Source: Alphaproteobacteria bacterium
GTDB taxonomy: Bacteria > Pseudomonadota > Alphaproteobacteria > SHVV01
Direction of reading: 5' to 3'
Length of the DNA stretch: 64,000 bases
Assembly (NCBI GenBank): GCA_965261735.1
Contig: OZ253470.1
Location: 768,001-832,000 of the forward strand
The notes beneath the pieces were generated by a model, which saw only the letters and a program-made list of their open reading frames with translations, did not search any database and was not told the origin of the DNA. Both the position numbers and the translations under genes were made by a program. Below, piece by piece: positions 60,896 through 64,000 of the stretch (within the stretch, counting starts at the first letter, position 1; each line of letters opens with the position of its first letter).

Positions 60896-61837
60896 TTAGC
60901 CGAGGCGCGGCGGCGCAGGTAGGTCGCCAGGGGCCGGGCGCCGACCGACGGCGAGATAAACGCCGCCCAGGACCAACGCCATGCCGAGAAGGTGGTAGAG
61001 CCGGAAATCCTCGCCGAGCAAGAGCACCGCGAGCAGGCTGCCGAACACAGGCAGGAGGTAGCTGAACTGCCCTGCGGTGTTGGCGCCGACTACCGAGACC
61101 GAACGGATCCACAGGACGCTGGTGACGGCCGACAAGACGGCGCCGGCGTAGAGGACGACGAGGAGATTGGACGCGGTCAGCTCGAAGGTCTTCCCGAGGC
61201 TGCGCTCCCAGACATAGAAGGGCGCCAGGACGACCATGCCGATCAGGGTCACCAGCAGCGCAAAGGCGATCACGCCCAGCCCGGCCGGGCGGTGGCGCAG
61301 CAGCGCCGAGTACAGCGCCCAGCAGCACACCGCTAGGACGACGAGCGCATCGCCCCGGTTGACGTCGAAGCCGACGACCGAGGCCACGTCGCCGCGCAGA
61401 ATGATGACCACGAGCCCGACGAACGCCACCATCATGCCGAGCGCGGTACGCCACGTGATGCGCTCCCCGGCCGCGAGCCACGAGACGAACACGATCGCCG
61501 CCGGCGTCGCCCCGTTGATCAGCGAGGCGTTGATCGCGGTCGTCGACAGCAGGGCCACGTAGTAGAGCGCGTTGAAGGCGGTGGTCCCGAGCGCGGCGAG
61601 CAGCAGGATTATCTTCCAATGCGCGACCAGCAGCACGCGCTGGCGCACGAGCTCGCGCAGGCCGAAAGGCGCCAGCACCAGCGCGGCCACGATCCAGCGC
61701 CCGTAGGTCAACGCGATCGGCGGGAAGTCGTGGACGGCGTAACGGCCGAGGACGGCGTTGCTCGACCACAACACCATGAGAAACGCCAGCACCGTATAGG
61801 CGATCCAGACGTCGCTCGACCGGCGCGGAGCGGGCAC
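60896..61837 (-). CDS. EamA/DMT transporter
   Basis: WSSNAVLGR, TTAINASL, NRGDAL, YLLPVF, LLGE. Confidence 0.9.
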   Translation of the reverse strand: MPAPRRSSDVWIAYTVLAFLMVLWSSNAVLGRYAVHDFPPIALTYGRWIVAALVLAPFGLRELVRQRVLLVAHWKIILLLAALGTTAFNALYYVALLSTTAINASLINGATPAAIVFVSWLAAGERITWRTALGMMVAFVGLVVIILRGDVASVVGFDVNRGDALVVLAVCCWALYSALLRHRPAGLGVIAFALLVTLIGMVVLAPFYVWERSLGKTFELTASNLLVVLYAGAVLSAVTSVLWIRSVSVVGANTAGQFSYLLPVFGSLLAVLLLGEDFRLYHLLGMALVLGGVYLAVGRRPAPGDLPAPPRLG

Positions 61838-61849
61838 GGCGCCTGCGCG

Positions 61850-64000
61850 TCAGTCGCCCTCGCCGTCGGCGAGCGCCTTCAACCGGTAGACGAGCTCGAG
61901 GGCGGTGCGTGGCGTCAGCTCGTCGGGGCGGACCTCGCCGAGTGCTTCGGCCACGGCCGAGGGCACGCTCGCGGGCCGCTCGACCGCCGCCGTGAACAGC
62001 GGTAGATCATCGGCGAGGCGCACCAATGCACCGGCCTGCTCGCTCTCTTCGAGCAGCGCCAGAATCTCTTCCGCGCGCGCAATGACCGCGGCCGGCAGCC
62101 CGGCGAGCCGCGCCACCTGCACACCGTACGAACCCTCGGCGACGCCCGGCGCCACCTCGTGCAGGAACACGACCTGACCGCCCCACTCCTTGACCCGCAC
62201 GGTGTGGCAGGACAGACCGGGTAGCTTGGCCGCGAGCGCCGTGAGCTCGTGGTAGTGGGTCGCGAACAGTCCGCGGCACTTGTTGACGTCGTGCAAGTGC
62301 TCGAGGCTCGCCCACGCGAGCGACAGCCCGTCGTAGGTGGCCGTGCCGCGGCCGATCTCGTCGAGGATGACGAGCGCGCGCGGGCCGGCCTGGTTGAGGA
62401 TCGTCGCCGTCTCGATCATCTCGACGAGGAATGTCGAGCGCCCGCGGGCCAGGTCGTCGGCGGCGCCGACGCGGCTGAACAGGCGATCGACGATACCGAT
62501 GTGGGCCGCTTGCGCGGGTACGAACGAGCCCATCTGTGCGAGCACGGCGATGAGCGCGTTCTGGCGCAGAAAGGTGCTCTTCCCCGCCATGTTGGGTCCG
62601 GTCACGAGCCATAGCCGTTGATCCGCCGACAGCCCACACCGGTTGGCGACGAAGGCGCCGGCGGGGGCCTCCTCGAGCGCGGCCTCGACGATGGCGTGGC
62701 GGCCGCCGGTGATCTCGAACGTGGCGCTATCGTCGACGACCGGGCGCACGTAGCCGCGCTCCTCGGCGAGCTCGGCAAGCGCCGAAGCGACGTCGAGGGC
62801 GGCGAGAGCGCCGGCGGTCGTGGCGATGTCATCGCCGCGCGCCGTGACCTCGCCGACCAAGTCCTCGAACATCGCGAGCTCGACCGCGAGCGCCTGGTCG
62901 GCGGCCCGGGCGATGCGGCCCTCGAGCTCGCCGAGTTCGACGCTGCTGTAGCGCACGGCGCTCGCCATGGTCTGGCGATGGATGAAGATCGCGCAGTTGA
63001 CGCCGATCTTGTCGGCCTGTGCGGCCGTGACCTCGATGTAATAGCCGAGCACGTGATTGTGGCGGATCTTGAGGCTGGCGATGCCCGCCTCCTCGCCGTA
63101 GCGGCGCTCCAGGGCCGCGACGAGGCGGCGGCTCTCGTCGCGCAGCATGCGCAGTTCGTCGAGCTCGGGTCGGTATCCGGGCGCAATGAAGCCGCCGTCG
63201 CGCACGCTCAGCGGCAGATCGGGTCCGAGCGCGCGCCCTAGGCGGTCGGCGAGCGCCTCATGGTGGCCGAGGTCGCGGGCGAGCCTCGCGATTCCGGCGC
63301 CTGGGCCGGCAAGGCCGCCGGCCGACAACGGCTGTTTGAGGGCCGCCGAGCGCGCCAGCGCATCGCGGATCGCACCGAGGTCGCGCGGACCACCGCGGCC
63401 CAGCGTCAGGCGCGAGGCCGAGCGCTCGATGTCGGGACAGCGCTTGAGGACCGCGCGCACCTCGGCGCGCAGGCCGGCCTCGTCGTGGAAGAGCTGCACG
63501 ATGTCGAGGCGCTCGTTGATCGCCTCGGGGTCGGTGAGCGGGGCGGCGAGGCGCTCTGCAAGGAGGCGTGCACCGGCGCTCGTCAAGGTGCGATCGATCA
63601 CGCCGAGCACACTGGTGCGCCGACCGCCCGCGAGGTCCTGCACCAGCTCGAGGTTGCGCCGGGTCGCGGCGTCGATGACCATCAGCGAACCTTGGGCGAT
63701 GCGCGCCGGCGGGCTGAGGCGCGGCAGGCGGCCCTTTTGCGTCTGCTCGACGTAGTCGATAAGCGCGCCCAGCGCCGCCACCTCGGCGCGGCCGAAGCTG
63801 CCGAAGGCATCGAGCGCGGCGACCCCATAGACCTCGCACACGCGGCGGGCGCCGTCGCGGCTATCGAAGCGGTGGGCGGGGAGCGGCGTCACCGCCGACT
63901 CCCACTCCTTCAGTATGCCGCCCGGATCGTGGTCGCCAAGCAGGGACTCCGAGATCAGGATTTCTCCCGGCGCGAGGCGCGCGACCTCGGCGCCGATGCC
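61850..64000 (-). CDS. mutS: DNA mismatch repair protein MutS (3' part; start beyond window)
   Basis: [53 protein letters not shown]. Confidence 0.98.
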   Translation of the reverse strand, partial: GIGAEVARLAPGEILISESLLGDHDPGGILKEWESAVTPLPAHRFDSRDGARRVCEVYGVAALDAFGSFGRAEVAALGALIDYVEQTQKGRLPRLSPPARIAQGSLMVIDAATRRNLELVQDLAGGRRTSVLGVIDRTLTSAGARLLAERLAAPLTDPEAINERLDIVQLFHDEAGLRAEVRAVLKRCPDIERSASRLTLGRGGPRDLGAIRDALARSAALKQPLSAGGLAGPGAGIARLARDLGHHEALADRLGRALGPDLPLSVRDGGFIAPGYRPELDELRMLRDESRRLVAALERRYGEEAGIASLKIRHNHVLGYYIEVTAAQADKIGVNCAIFIHRQTMASAVRYSSVELGELEGRIARAADQALAVELAMFEDLVGEVTARGDDIATTAGALAALDVASALAELAEERGYVRPVVDDSATFEITGGRHAIVEAALEEAPAGAFVANRCGLSADQRLWLVTGPNMAGKSTFLRQNALIAVLAQMGSFVPAQAAHIGIVDRLFSRVGAADDLARGRSTFLVEMIETATILNQAGPRALVILDEIGRGTATYDGLSLAWASLEHLHDVNKCRGLFATHYHELTALAAKLPGLSCHTVRVKEWGGQVVFLHEVAPGVAEGSYGVQVARLAGLPAAVIARAEEILALLEESEQAGALVRLADDLPLFTAAVERPASVPSAVAEALGEVRPDELTPRTALELVYRLKALADGEGD

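Overview
High-GC alphaproteobacterial (Rhodospirillales-like) core chromosome around dnaA. Gene order: recF(partial)-dnaN-dnaA-rpsT-enoyl-CoA hydratase-mutM / ubiE-ubiB-[4.6 kb insert]-coaBC-Rrf2-cysK-moeB-SH3, rubrerythrin/Fe-S oxidoreductase/DUF3501, fabABI, the rimP-nusA-infB-rbfA-truB-rpsO-pnp operon, trmB-metK, lnt-corC-ybeY-phoH-miaB, fur, mucR, tsaB, trpS-murJ-glnD, an EamA-rich insert and mutS(partial). Four IS elements are present (IS630, IS5, two inverted near-identical IS1595 copies), plus several pseudogenes. The most unusual region is the ubiB-coaBC insert (9696-14278). It holds a T4-lysozyme-like (GH24, E-x8-D-x5-T) muramidase gene that can only be read after repairing a nonsense codon, a +1 frameshift and an IS5 insertion. 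This gene lies tail-to-tail (shared TTAG stop overlap) with an uncharacterised secreted 4-Cys protein. The unit 'secreted gene + last 57 codons of the muramidase' is tandemly duplicated and diverged, which resembles a toxin/immunity locus with an orphan-immunity cassette; that role is inferred, not shown. I saw no rRNA, tRNA or CRISPR array.
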